A DNA stretch of 62,260 nt, filler included. It is 9 parts of 9 records of this genome, joined end to end, with 100 filler letters (N's around TTAATTAATTAA, not from the genome) between each part and the next. Parts side by side here need not be neighbours in the genome. Positions count along the whole stretch, not along the records: positions 26,173 to 31,669 come from SRR31156797_112614; positions 31,770 to 42,382 come from SRR31156797_112687; 7 more parts are not named here. One strand, given 5' to 3'. Shown here piece after piece: positions 27,426 through 36,343 of this stretch (the stretch's first letter is position 1; every line of letters begins with the position of its first letter). The notes under the pieces are model-generated. The model was given only the letters and a program-made list of their open reading frames with translations, made no database searches and was not told where the DNA came from. The translations under genes and the position numbers were made by a program.

Positions 27426-28833
27426 GGACAAAGTACGAGAGGCAATCCAAGAGCACTTCCGTTGCGCCGCCAAGGACGGCCTGCGCCGCCGCATGTTGGA
27501 TCGTGCTTTGCAGGCCCAGAAGACATTCAGGAAAACAAACCCGGCCCCTATCGGGCCGATGATAAGGAGAATCGCCATGAAAGGCTCCATTGTCAAATCA
27601 GTTGTCGCGGCGGCCGTCATCATCGCCGCTGTCGTGCTGTCGATCAGTCTTTGGGACCGGTCTATCCCGAGCGCCTATGCGATCGAACAGACCGTCGAAG
27701 CCCTTCAGAACGTCCGCTTTCTGCATCTGGTTCGGCGCGACGACGCGGGCCAAATCGAGGACGAGCGCTGGATTGAGATCGGTATGGATGGATGGCAGGT
27801 GCGCTATCGCCAGGAAAGCCCGAGCCACGATTTTGGCGTCGTCGAAGACGGCCAGTCCACGGCGGCCTATCGCCACGAGAAGCAGGCAGTCATCATCTAC
27901 GATCGCAACGACATGCAATATCAGTGGGTCGCCAAACTGGGTGAAGCCTTTGAAAACCTGCGTCAGGAAGGCAAAGTCCTCGAGGAGAACAGCACGTATC
28001 AGGGCCAACCCGCCCACAAGGTATGGTGGCCCTCCCTGAGTACCGAGTGTTACGTGGACCCGACCACGAAGCTGCCGGTGGCTATCGGCGATGCAGAGAT
28101 GAGCTACGAGGTACCCCCGGCCGGTACGTTCGAGATTATCATTCCCGCAGGCTACGCGGTGCTCGACAAACGTCCGGGCGCCGAACCCGGTCCCGTCCCG
28201 GATTGGCTGCGCGAAGAGGAAGAAGCGCGGCAGCGTGCTAGCGACGCCTTTGGTCAGGGGACGCATGCTCTGGCCGACGGCGACTTCGCCACCGCCGCCG
28301 AGAAGTTCGAACTGGCCGCACAGGAAAGCCCCAAGCGCAACTGGGCCTGGTTCTGGCTGGGCAGCGCGTACTATGGGCTGGAGCAGTATGACGTGGCCAT
28401 CGAGAAGTTCACCGAGGTACTCGAGATATTCAAGGCCTATGGTGGAGGTGGCGAGAAGCCGCTCGGTTACTGCAACTACGCCCGAGGTCTGGCCTATGCC
28501 CAACTCGGTATGGAGGCCGAAGCAGAGGCGGACCTCGTAGTCTGCCTGCCCGCGATGATTCGTACCTTGCAAGCTCCGTCGTCAGGTTCGATGTTCGAAT
28601 ACGCCGACAATCCTCTCATCCGCTACGGCGAGTACAAGCCGACCGATCAGGAGATCGTGGCTAAGATGGTCAATCGCCTGCGGCTGATCACCGGCCAGAA
28701 CTTCGGCTACGACCCCGAGGCCACGAACGAAGAGAACGAAACCGCGGTCGCCGCCTGGGAACAGTGGCTGGCGAACGGGGGCGCGATCAGGTTCACGGCG
28801 GAGGCGGACCTGGTGACAGTCCCTGCACCGTAG
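27415..28833 (+). CDS. Putative anti-sigma factor A: short cytoplasmic N-terminus, TM, LolA/RseB-like domain, TPR repeats
   Basis: Overlaps the sigma stop; TM VVAAAVIIAAVVLSISLW; YVDPTTKLPVAIG; TPRs (WAWFWLGSAYYGLEQYDVAIEKF, YARGLAYAQLG). Confidence 0.78.
   Translation: MTPEDKVREAIQEHFRCAAKDGLRRRMLDRALQAQKTFRKTNPAPIGPMIRRIAMKGSIVKSVVAAAVIIAAVVLSISLWDRSIPSAYAIEQTVEALQNVRFLHLVRRDDAGQIEDERWIEIGMDGWQVRYRQESPSHDFGVVEDGQSTAAYRHEKQAVIIYDRNDMQYQWVAKLGEAFENLRQEGKVLEENSTYQGQPAHKVWWPSLSTECYVDPTTKLPVAIGDAEMSYEVPPAGTFEIIIPAGYAVLDKRPGAEPGPVPDWLREEEEARQRASDAFGQGTHALADGDFATAAEKFELAAQESPKRNWAWFWLGSAYYGLEQYDVAIEKFTEVLEIFKAYGGGGEKPLGYCNYARGLAYAQLGMEAEAEADLVVCLPAMIRTLQAPSSGSMFEYADNPLIRYGEYKPTDQEIVAKMVNRLRLITGQNFGYDPEATNEENETAVAAWEQWLANGGAIRFTAEADLVTVPAP
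28748..28815 (+). repeat. 68-nt near-identical tract, copy 1 (copy 2 at 30914-30981)
   Basis: 65/68 identical by manual alignment. Confidence 0.9.
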
Positions 28834-28881
28834 CACTGACGGCGCCATCACTACCGGACTGGACATTGTATTCAGACGCTC

Positions 28882-28914
28882 GGGCCGGACCCATGTGGTC
28901 CGGCCCTTTCGTTT
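28882..28914 (+). terminator. Intrinsic terminator, cassette copy 2
   Basis: GGGCCGGACC-CATGT-GGTCCGGCCC followed by TTTCGTTT. Confidence 0.8.
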
Positions 28915-28934
28915 GCGCCAGAAAAAAACGATGA

Positions 28935-28968
28935 CGGCATACAAAAACGCGGCGTCGAGCGTGGTACA
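28935..28968 (+). promoter_or_regulatory. Putative ECF autoregulatory promoter, copy 2
   Basis: CGGCATAC-N17-CGTGGTACA; CGTG ends 48 nt before the sigma ATG. Confidence 0.6.
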
Positions 28969-29011
28969 CTGTGAGAATGATCGTTCTTGATGATGGCGTG
29001 AACAGACGATT

Positions 29012-29554
29012 ATGGTTGAAGATGAATTGCTGAAATGGAGGCTCCGGCGGGGCCATCCGGAGGCGCTGGCGCGGATCTACGAGAAGTATCTCGATTCGAT
29101 GCTGACGTTGGCGATGGGCTTGCTCGACGATACGACGGCGGCGGAGGACGTCGTGCATGACGTGTTCGTCTCGTTCGCCCGCCTCGGTCCGGGATTCCGG
29201 CTGCGGGGCCGGCTCAGCGGGTATCTGGCCACGAGTGTGGTCAACCGCGTTCGGGACCACAGGCGACGCCGGCGGCGTCAGGCGGTGGCCTCAGGTCGTC
29301 GGTCCGAGCCGGCCCGTGAACCGGCCACACCGGACCACGTGGCGAGTTTCACGGAACAGGCGGCTCGCTTGAACCGGGCCGTCGCCCAACTGCCCGACGA
29401 GCAGCGCGAAGTCCTGCTGCTGCGGCTGAAGGCGGACATGAAGTTCCGGGACATCGCCAAGCTCCAGCAAACATCTATCAACACGGTCGTGGGCCGATAC
29501 CGATACGGCCTGAACCGATTGCGAAGCACCCTGAATGGTGAGGTGGAAGCATGA
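29012..29554 (+). CDS. ECF RNA polymerase sigma factor, paralog B
   Basis: AAEDVVHDVF, YLATSVVNRVRD, LPDEQREVLLLR...INTVVGRYRYG; clearly paralogous to 26877-27425. Confidence 0.94.
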   Translation: MVEDELLKWRLRRGHPEALARIYEKYLDSMLTLAMGLLDDTTAAEDVVHDVFVSFARLGPGFRLRGRLSGYLATSVVNRVRDHRRRRRRQAVASGRRSEPAREPATPDHVASFTEQAARLNRAVAQLPDEQREVLLLRLKADMKFRDIAKLQQTSINTVVGRYRYGLNRLRSTLNGEVEA

Positions 29555-30999
29555 AGCCCAAAAGGAAAGTCGAGAAGGCCATCCGGGAGAAGCTGCACTT
29601 CACCGCCCAGGCGATGTTTCGGGATCAACTGTTCACGGACGTGATGGACGCACGAAGCCAACCTACAGACATCGCGCCGGCGCTCCACCAGCCCGGCATA
29701 AGGAGAACGATCATGCACAGTCGAACCATGAAACTCGCTTACGCAGCCGCTGTGATCATAGTCGCGGCCCTGACCATCAGCCTGCTGCCCCGACTGACCA
29801 CCCCCACCTACGCGCTCGATCAGACCATCGAGGCCCTCCAGAATGTCCGGTACATGCACATCGTCAAGTATGACCGGGCCGGCAACCTTGAGGACGAGCG
29901 GTGGGAGGAGATCGATGCCGAGGGATATCAGGCGCGCTATCGGCAGAACACGCCCTCTCACGCGTTCTACGTGGTGGACGACCGGAAGACCGTGATGGTC
30001 TATCACGCCTCGGCGGATAAGAACACGGTCGTGCTCCACGACCCGAACGAGCAATCCTACACGTGGCACTACGCGCCCGGCCGGATGTTCGAGGAGATCG
30101 CCAATGGGCAGCCCAAGTACGCCGTCGTCGCTGAGAATGTGACCTATAAGGGCCGGCCCGCGCATCACCTTCGCATCGTCTCTGGAGACACGGACGTCTA
30201 TGTCGACCCTCAAACCAAGCTGCCGATCACAGTGGGCGATTATGAGATCAGCTATGAAGAGCCGCCGGCAGGGACCTTCGATATCGTGATTCCCGACGGC
30301 GCGATCGTCGTCGATAAGCGACCAGGCGCCCCGAGCGGGTCTGAGCCACAGTGGATGATCGAAGACGCGCAGCAACGCGAAATCGCCAAGACCGCACAGG
30401 TCCATTTCGAGAACGCCCGACGCGCCCTGGCAGCCGGCGATTACGAGCAAGCCATCGGACTGTTCGAGCAGACAATCGAGCTGTCCAACGGCAAACGCAA
30501 CTGGGCGTGGCTCTGGATGGGCAAAGCACTCTACGGGGCAGGCGACTACGATGCCGCGATCTACCGGCTCACCAAAGCGATCGAAATGGTGGCCGAACAC
30601 GGCTGGGACATTCCCTCCTACCGGTATGCCCGAGCCCTGGCCTACGCCGGCAAGGGCATGCCTGAGATGGCCAAGCTCGACCTGGAGAAGATCCTGCCCA
30701 AGATGATCGAATCGCTGCGGACCCCGCAGGCCGCCAGGTCATTCAACCTTGCCGACGATCCATTGATCGCCGCCGATGGCATGCGCGAGGGTTGCCATGA
30801 GGCCCCTGGGCCCGAGCGAAGCATCGCCCTGATGATCAACCGTCTACGCCTGGTGACCGGCGAGGACTTCGGCTACGATCCCGCGGCCACAAGCGAGGAG
30901 AACGACGCGGCGATCGCCGCCTGGGAACAGTGGCTGGCGGACGGGGGCGCGGTCAGGTTCACGACGGAGGCGGACCTGGTGGCGGTCCCCTTGCCCTAG
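29551..30999 (+). CDS. Putative anti-sigma factor B (TM, LolA/RseB-like domain, TPR repeats)
   Basis: ATGA overlap with the sigma gene; same architecture as paralog A; shared C-terminus NRLRLxTGxxFGYDP...AAWEQW. Confidence 0.78.
   Translation: MKPKRKVEKAIREKLHFTAQAMFRDQLFTDVMDARSQPTDIAPALHQPGIRRTIMHSRTMKLAYAAAVIIVAALTISLLPRLTTPTYALDQTIEALQNVRYMHIVKYDRAGNLEDERWEEIDAEGYQARYRQNTPSHAFYVVDDRKTVMVYHASADKNTVVLHDPNEQSYTWHYAPGRMFEEIANGQPKYAVVAENVTYKGRPAHHLRIVSGDTDVYVDPQTKLPITVGDYEISYEEPPAGTFDIVIPDGAIVVDKRPGAPSGSEPQWMIEDAQQREIAKTAQVHFENARRALAAGDYEQAIGLFEQTIELSNGKRNWAWLWMGKALYGAGDYDAAIYRLTKAIEMVAEHGWDIPSYRYARALAYAGKGMPEMAKLDLEKILPKMIESLRTPQAARSFNLADDPLIAADGMREGCHEAPGPERSIALMINRLRLVTGEDFGYDPAATSEENDAAIAAWEQWLADGGAVRFTTEADLVAVPLP
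30914..30981 (+). repeat. 68-nt near-identical tract, copy 2
   Basis: Pairs with 28748-28815. Confidence 0.9.
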
Positions 31000-31045
31000 C
31001 CCCGCAACATCGCCTGCAACTGACTCTATCTTGTATTCGAGGCGC

Positions 31046-31074
31046 CCGGGCCGGATCCACATGATCCGGCCCGG
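31046..31074 (+). terminator. Cassette hairpin copy 3 (no U tract)
   Basis: CCGGGCCGGATC-CACAT-GATCCGGCCCGG; related to the two upstream hairpins. Confidence 0.55.
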
Positions 31075-31134
31075 ACCATATTAAGACGATAACATCAGAC
31101 GCCAATGGACGTCTTTCTTAGAGAGGCCGGGCGA

Positions 31135-31163
31135 TTGACAAGGCGCCGGCTTTGGCATAGAAG
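31135..31163 (+). promoter_or_regulatory. Sigma70-type promoter for the LamG gene
   Basis: TTGACA-N17-TAGAAG. Confidence 0.5.
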
Positions 31164-31237
31164 TGTAGGCAGAGCGAATCTAAGGGCCCTGTTGCGGAGG
31201 GCCTCCACAGTATCATCGCAGTTTGGAGAGAAGAGCC

Positions 31238-31669
31238 ATGACGCGGAGAACTTACATGCCCACGATTGCCGGTCGTCTCTTGATCACTGCCTGGCTGTGC
31301 GTCGCAGTGGCGGCATCGTCGCCGGAATCCGGCGTCAACCGGGTGCTGACGCTGGACGGAAAGTCGGACTTCTTGCACGTGCCCGACACCCCGGCGCTGC
31401 ACGCCTTCACCGAGGCCATCACGATGGAACTCTGGTTCCAGGCCTCGTCGTTCTATCCGGAAACCGGACAGGTCAACTCCCTCCTCCGGAAAAACATTTG
31501 GGCGGGTGAGGAGAACTTCTTTCTTCGCTTTCGCACGATAGATGGCGCGCCCTGGCTGGAAGTGAGCGCCGGTGCTGAAATCGGAACGCTCCGGGCGTAT
31601 CACGAGTTCAAGACGGGCAAATGGTACCACCTGGCGGGCATCTACGACGGCAGCGCGATCGTCGCCTAT
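31238..31669 (+). CDS. Secreted LamG / concanavalin-A-like domain protein (3'-truncated)
   Basis: Signal peptide; LTLDGKSDFLHVP, ITMELWF, GKWYHLAGIYDGS. Confidence 0.85.
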
Positions 31670-31769
31670 NNNNNNNNNNNNNNNNNNNNNNNNNNNNNNN
31701 NNNNNNNNNNNNNTTAATTAATTAANNNNNNNNNNNNNNNNNNNNNNNNNNNNNNNNNNNNNNNNNNNN
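31670..31769. other. Artificial contig spacer 5
   Basis: Same linker. Confidence 0.99.
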
Positions 31770-31770
31770 G

Positions 31771-32190
31771 AAAAGCGACGACTATTTCGGCGGAAGCCTC
31801 TGTTATATGCCATGGATGGATCCGAATTCCAGTGCAAACGATGAGGCCCAAACGGCCGTAAGGGTCTTCATTTCATCCCCCATCTTTGCCTACGATATCA
31901 ACGGAGACGGAAAAAGGGAAGTGGTCATCTGTAAAAATAGTTCCAAAGATGCCAGATTATTCACGGATTTCCGCTGGTTCGGCAGCGGACGGGTTCATTT
32001 CATGGACTGGGACGGAGCCGGTCTGGTTTCCCAGTGGACATCCCAGAAGCTTTCCGGAACGGTTGTGGGGTACCAGGTGGCGGATGTGGATAATGACGGC
32101 TTAAAGGAACTGGTGGTGGCCAATGTCACCAGCGAAAGTTATTTTATCGGACGTCCCAAAAGCCGGCTGGTGGTATACGACCTGGAATAA
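31771..32190 (+). CDS. FG-GAP/VCBS repeat protein, C-terminal fragment
   Basis: DINGDGKREVV and ADVDNDGLKELVVA motifs. Confidence 0.8.
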   Translation, partial: KSDDYFGGSLCYMPWMDPNSSANDEAQTAVRVFISSPIFAYDINGDGKREVVICKNSSKDARLFTDFRWFGSGRVHFMDWDGAGLVSQWTSQKLSGTVVGYQVADVDNDGLKELVVANVTSESYFIGRPKSRLVVYDLE

Positions 32191-32198
32191 TTCTTTTT

Positions 32199-33398
32199 TT
32201 AAAAGGTCACCTGGAACTGAACACCGTAGATGGCGTATTTCCCATTATCAAGGTCACCCACGTTTTTGATGTTGAGCTCACCGTCGTCATACCACATGAC
32301 CTCGGGACGGATCCTGAATCCCTTGGACAGATCGATGGGAACGCTCAAGCCCCACATACGGCTTTTGCTGTCCAGGTCAAAGCCCAGGAGTTTATTGCTG
32401 GTGGACATCTCCCCAAAAATCAGGTGGGGGGTGACGGCGCCGAACCGGTAGGAAAGGTCAAACCAGAAGCTGTAGGTGTCGGCATCATCAATCCGGTTGT
32501 TGTAGGGGTCATACATGGCGCTTGCCATAATGGCCGGCATGCTGTTGCCCATGAGCCCCCGGGTATTCCCCCAGTTCTTACCCCAGTTTCCTTCCCCGAG
32601 AAACACAAAAGGACCCATTCCGAATTTAAACCCCAGGGAACCGATATAGGAGTCCAGATGGTTTTCCACCGATCCGCCCCCCGTGCCATTGATGTCAACG
32701 GTTCGGTGCTGATACATGAAGCTGGGGTAGATAGAGACCGGGCCCAAAAAAAACGGTAAAGAGATGTCAATGCGGGGTATCTTGGTATTATTCTGTGTTG
32801 TGATACCAAAGTCGCTCCATGGACCGTATGTCCCGATATATCGGGCACTGCCGTTGGGATCCACCAGGGCCAACGCCACCCGGGCGTTCTTGCAGAATTG
32901 ATAGGTTCCTCTGATTTGTGCAAACCGGCCGGAATAAAAATTCCCGTACCCCACACCGACCACATTGAGGCTTCCCGATCGGGTTCCCAGCAATTGTGAA
33001 GGATTCAGCGGCGAAAAGGGGGTGGTACTTTTGCCGGCCATCAGCCGAAACCCGGGGGTCACCTGCCACCAACCATAGGCATGCCGCAGATTCACGCCGT
33101 TGCTTCGGTTCAGGTCGATCCCCCCCTCTTCCTGGCCAATCCCCAGCTCAACATACATGCCCACATTGTCTTCATTGGTCCATGTTGCATAGAATCGTGT
33201 AATATCCGGCACTTGAATGGCAGTAACCCCATAGGGGTCATTGCCCAGGCCGTTGAATTCCGCATTGGCTTTGTTGCGGTCCAGGTAGTAAAAGTCGGTA
33301 AAAATAATCCCTCCGATTTTCACCTTGGCCATGGCGGGTAAAACAAGACCGAGACAAAAAACCGCCAGCACCCCTAAAAGAAAAAACTTTTTCATCAT
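32199..33398 (-). CDS. Outer-membrane beta-barrel (porin-like) protein, downstream paralog
   Basis: Signal peptide ending AMA-K; LRHAYGWW; alternating aromatic/Gly strands; C-terminal YGVQFQVTF BAM-type signature. Confidence 0.8.
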   Translation of the reverse strand: MMKKFFLLGVLAVFCLGLVLPAMAKVKIGGIIFTDFYYLDRNKANAEFNGLGNDPYGVTAIQVPDITRFYATWTNEDNVGMYVELGIGQEEGGIDLNRSNGVNLRHAYGWWQVTPGFRLMAGKSTTPFSPLNPSQLLGTRSGSLNVVGVGYGNFYSGRFAQIRGTYQFCKNARVALALVDPNGSARYIGTYGPWSDFGITTQNNTKIPRIDISLPFFLGPVSIYPSFMYQHRTVDINGTGGGSVENHLDSYIGSLGFKFGMGPFVFLGEGNWGKNWGNTRGLMGNSMPAIMASAMYDPYNNRIDDADTYSFWFDLSYRFGAVTPHLIFGEMSTSNKLLGFDLDSKSRMWGLSVPIDLSKGFRIRPEVMWYDDGELNIKNVGDLDNGKYAIYGVQFQVTF

Positions 33399-33406
33399 CA
33401 GCACCC

Positions 33407-33443
33407 AAAAAAAAACCCTTCCCCCAAAAATAAGGGGGAAGGG
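33407..33443 (-). terminator. Intrinsic terminator between the two porin genes
   Basis: Minus strand CCCTTCCCCC-TTATTTTT-GGGGGAAGGG followed by T9, ending about 10 nt before the next ATG. Confidence 0.8.
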
Positions 33444-33497
33444 GCAAGATCAAATGTTCATGCTCTCACGTTTAGGCGAGGGCATCAAAATGGCGAT

Positions 33498-34715
33498 TTA
33501 GAATGTGATCTGGAACTGCACACCGTAGATGGCGTATTTCCCTAATTTGGTTTGGTCGACGCCGCCGTACTGAATCTCACCGTCGTCATACCACATGAGC
33601 TCGGGACGGATCCTCATACCCTTGGCCACATCGATGGGAATGCTGAAACCCCACATGGTGGAGGTGGCATCGAGTTCTTTATAATTGAAGTCCACGTTGC
33701 TTTTCATCTGGCCGAACATGAGGTGGGGCGTTACCGGACCGATCTTGTACGAAACGTCAAACCAGTAGGAGTAAACGGTGGCGTTGTTGATTTTGCCGTC
33801 GGGATTCGGCAGGGCCGAAGAGATCCGGGCAGGTGCGGAGACGCCGATCACGCCGCGGGAGTTGCCCCAGTTGCGGCCCCACTGACCTTCCGCTGCAAAA
33901 CCGAAAGGACCGAAACCACCCTTGACACCGAGAGATCCCACGTAGGTGTGGATGGAATCGTCAAAGCGGCTGAAGGTGGGGTTGAGCATGTCGACTGTCC
34001 TGTACTGATATGAGAAACTGGGATAAACGCTGATGGGACCGAAGTAAAGGGGCACCCCGATATCAAAGCGGGGGAGTTTGGTGTTGGTCTGGTAGTCCGT
34101 ACCGAGTTTGGCCCCATACAACTCAATGGGGTAGTAGTTGTTCCATTCATTGTTATATCGGGCCCCACCATTGGGATCCACCAAAGCCAGGGCCACACGA
34201 CCCATTTTTCCAAATTTGAAGGTTCCCCTCACCTGGGCAAAACGACCGCTGTAGTAATTACCGTAGCCCACGCCGATGATGTTGAGGGTCCCGGAGCAGG
34301 TACCCAGCATCTGGGAGGGATTCAGGGGTGAAAAGGGGGTGGTGCTTTTACCGGCCATGATCTGGAAATTGGGGTTCACATCCCACCAGCCGTAGGCATG
34401 TCTCAATTTAGCGTAACTTGAGGTGTTTAAATCAACACCCGTGCCGGCCTGCTGGCCGATACCCAGCTCGATGAACATGCCCACATTGTCTTCATTGGTC
34501 CAGCGGGCATTCAGGCGCGTAATATCGGGCACCTGGATGGTGGTCACCTGGTAAGGATCCGCGCCCGTTCCCCTTATGATGGAACTTTCCCTGTTCCTGT
34601 CCAGGTAATAGAAATCGGTAAAGATGATACCGCCGATCTTCACTTTGGCCATGGCGGGCACCGTAAAGACGACCAGCAACAGCGCTGCAAACCCAATAAT
34701 AAATAGCTTCTTCAT
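33498..34715 (-). CDS. Outer-membrane beta-barrel (porin-like) protein, upstream paralog
   Basis: AGGAGG RBS; same architecture; C-terminal YGVQFQITF. Confidence 0.82.
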   Translation of the reverse strand: MKKLFIIGFAALLLVVFTVPAMAKVKIGGIIFTDFYYLDRNRESSIIRGTGADPYQVTTIQVPDITRLNARWTNEDNVGMFIELGIGQQAGTGVDLNTSSYAKLRHAYGWWDVNPNFQIMAGKSTTPFSPLNPSQMLGTCSGTLNIIGVGYGNYYSGRFAQVRGTFKFGKMGRVALALVDPNGGARYNNEWNNYYPIELYGAKLGTDYQTNTKLPRFDIGVPLYFGPISVYPSFSYQYRTVDMLNPTFSRFDDSIHTYVGSLGVKGGFGPFGFAAEGQWGRNWGNSRGVIGVSAPARISSALPNPDGKINNATVYSYWFDVSYKIGPVTPHLMFGQMKSNVDFNYKELDATSTMWGFSIPIDVAKGMRIRPELMWYDDGEIQYGGVDQTKLGKYAIYGVQFQITF

Positions 34716-35042
34716 TACTCTCTCCTCCTAAAAAGATTTGTTCGGATTAAACTTTAAAAAAATGCCGCATCCTGAAAATCGTTTTGAATATCGCCCCCTT
34801 TCCTCAAAAAATGCGGCCGTAAAACAGCCGCTTTAAATTATACGTATCCATGTTCTGTCCTTTTGTACAGTGGATTAGCAAGTTATGAAGAAAATGTCAA
34901 GCATTTTTCAAACCTTCAGGGGGGATAATTTTACATGGACCCGGCTTCCCCTTGCCCGTGAGTACGCGAGGCGGATTTCAGACCCGTAAATGGACGGAAA
35001 GGTTTGGAGATTTCCAGATTAAAAATTTTGTGGGCGGGGTGG

Positions 35043-36323
35043 TTACATCTCCCCGATGGCATGACGCAGGCGTAGTATGGCCATCTCAACATCGTAGGAG
35101 GCATTGACGTAATTGCTGTGACTTCTGGTGCGAAGGCTCTCCGCTTCCAGTACGGTGGTGTTGGTGGTCAACCCTTGCCTGTATTGGTCTTCGGTGACCT
35201 TGAGGTTCTCCTCGCCCTGGGCCAAAGCCTTATGGGTCACCTTTACCCGCTCACGGCTTTCACCCAAAGTAAGCCAGGCCCGGCGGGTCTGCAAAGCGAT
35301 GATGGTTTTCACATCGGATTGATTCTCCTGCAAAGCTTCGGCTTCCTGTTTTATTGAAGCGCTCCGATGCCATGCCATGCCGCCGTCAAAATTCCATTTC
35401 AAGCCGACTTGGGCCGACCATACCCCCTCATGGACCATGTACCGGTTTTCCTCGAATCCATAACCACCGGTTAAGCCCACCTGGGGACCGTAAGCGGCTT
35501 TTTCCATGGCGGCCTTGTGTTGCAGGGCGGAAATATTCATGGACAGGAGACGGAGTTCGCTCCGCTGTTTCAGCGCTCTGGCGGTCAATGTTTCCAAAGC
35601 CTGAGCAGGGGGCGAAAGGGTCAACTTCTCAAGGCTTACCTTTTGGTCCAGGGGGCGACACAGGAAGCGGTTATAGGCTGCGCAGGCAATATCCAACCGG
35701 TTGCGGGCCTGCAACTCCAACTGACGGGCATTGGCCAGGGCCACATTGGAGGCCAGCAGGTCGTTTGAGGCCACAAATCCTTGATCCAGCAGATCTTTTA
35801 CGGTCCGGGCGTGAGAAGCCAGGCTCTTTACATGACTTTGGGCCACCACAACGCCTTCCCGGGATCGCAGCACCCCCACATAGGCATTCGCCACCTGCAG
35901 CTTCAAATCGTGAAACGTACGGGCTTCATGGGCCTCCGCGGCCTTTTCCCCGAACATGGCCGCATCAATACCATGGCTGATTTTCCAACTGGTGAAAAGG
36001 GGAATGCTCATTTCCGCGCCATAGCGGTAATATCGGTCCTCGGAAAGGGGCGCATCCATACCCATTATGAGAATACCCGGTTCGTTATCCAGGGCGCGAT
36101 AGGCCGCCTGCAATTTCAATTTGGGCAGACGCGCCGCCTTGGCCGCCGCCAACCGTTCACCCGCCGACAGGCTCGCTTTACGGGCGGCGTTCAACGTGTG
36201 GTTTGACAATATCGCTTGCTCCCAGGCCGTTTCCAGCGTCTCGGACCTGCCCGATAGAGGTAAAACCAACTGTGTTGTCAATATCGCAACAACAAAATAT
36301 GTATGCAGGAGATAATAATTCAT
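35043..36323 (-). CDS. TolC-family outer-membrane efflux protein
   Basis: Two OEP-type repeats (AAAKAARLPKL...LKLQVANAY; YRQGLTTNTTVLEA...LRHAIG). Confidence 0.9.
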   Translation of the reverse strand: MNYYLLHTYFVVAILTTQLVLPLSGRSETLETAWEQAILSNHTLNAARKASLSAGERLAAAKAARLPKLKLQAAYRALDNEPGILIMGMDAPLSEDRYYRYGAEMSIPLFTSWKISHGIDAAMFGEKAAEAHEARTFHDLKLQVANAYVGVLRSREGVVVAQSHVKSLASHARTVKDLLDQGFVASNDLLASNVALANARQLELQARNRLDIACAAYNRFLCRPLDQKVSLEKLTLSPPAQALETLTARALKQRSELRLLSMNISALQHKAAMEKAAYGPQVGLTGGYGFEENRYMVHEGVWSAQVGLKWNFDGGMAWHRSASIKQEAEALQENQSDVKTIIALQTRRAWLTLGESRERVKVTHKALAQGEENLKVTEDQYRQGLTTNTTVLEAESLRTRSHSNYVNASYDVEMAILRLRHAIGEM

Positions 36324-36343
36324 ACGATATTTCCCTTTCTTAC

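Noticed and set aside
28748-30981. Diversity-generating retroelement TR/VR pair (near-identical 3' tracts with A/G mismatches)
   Set aside because: Mismatches go in both directions, both copies lie in intact coding 3' ends, and no reverse transcriptase is present on the fragment.
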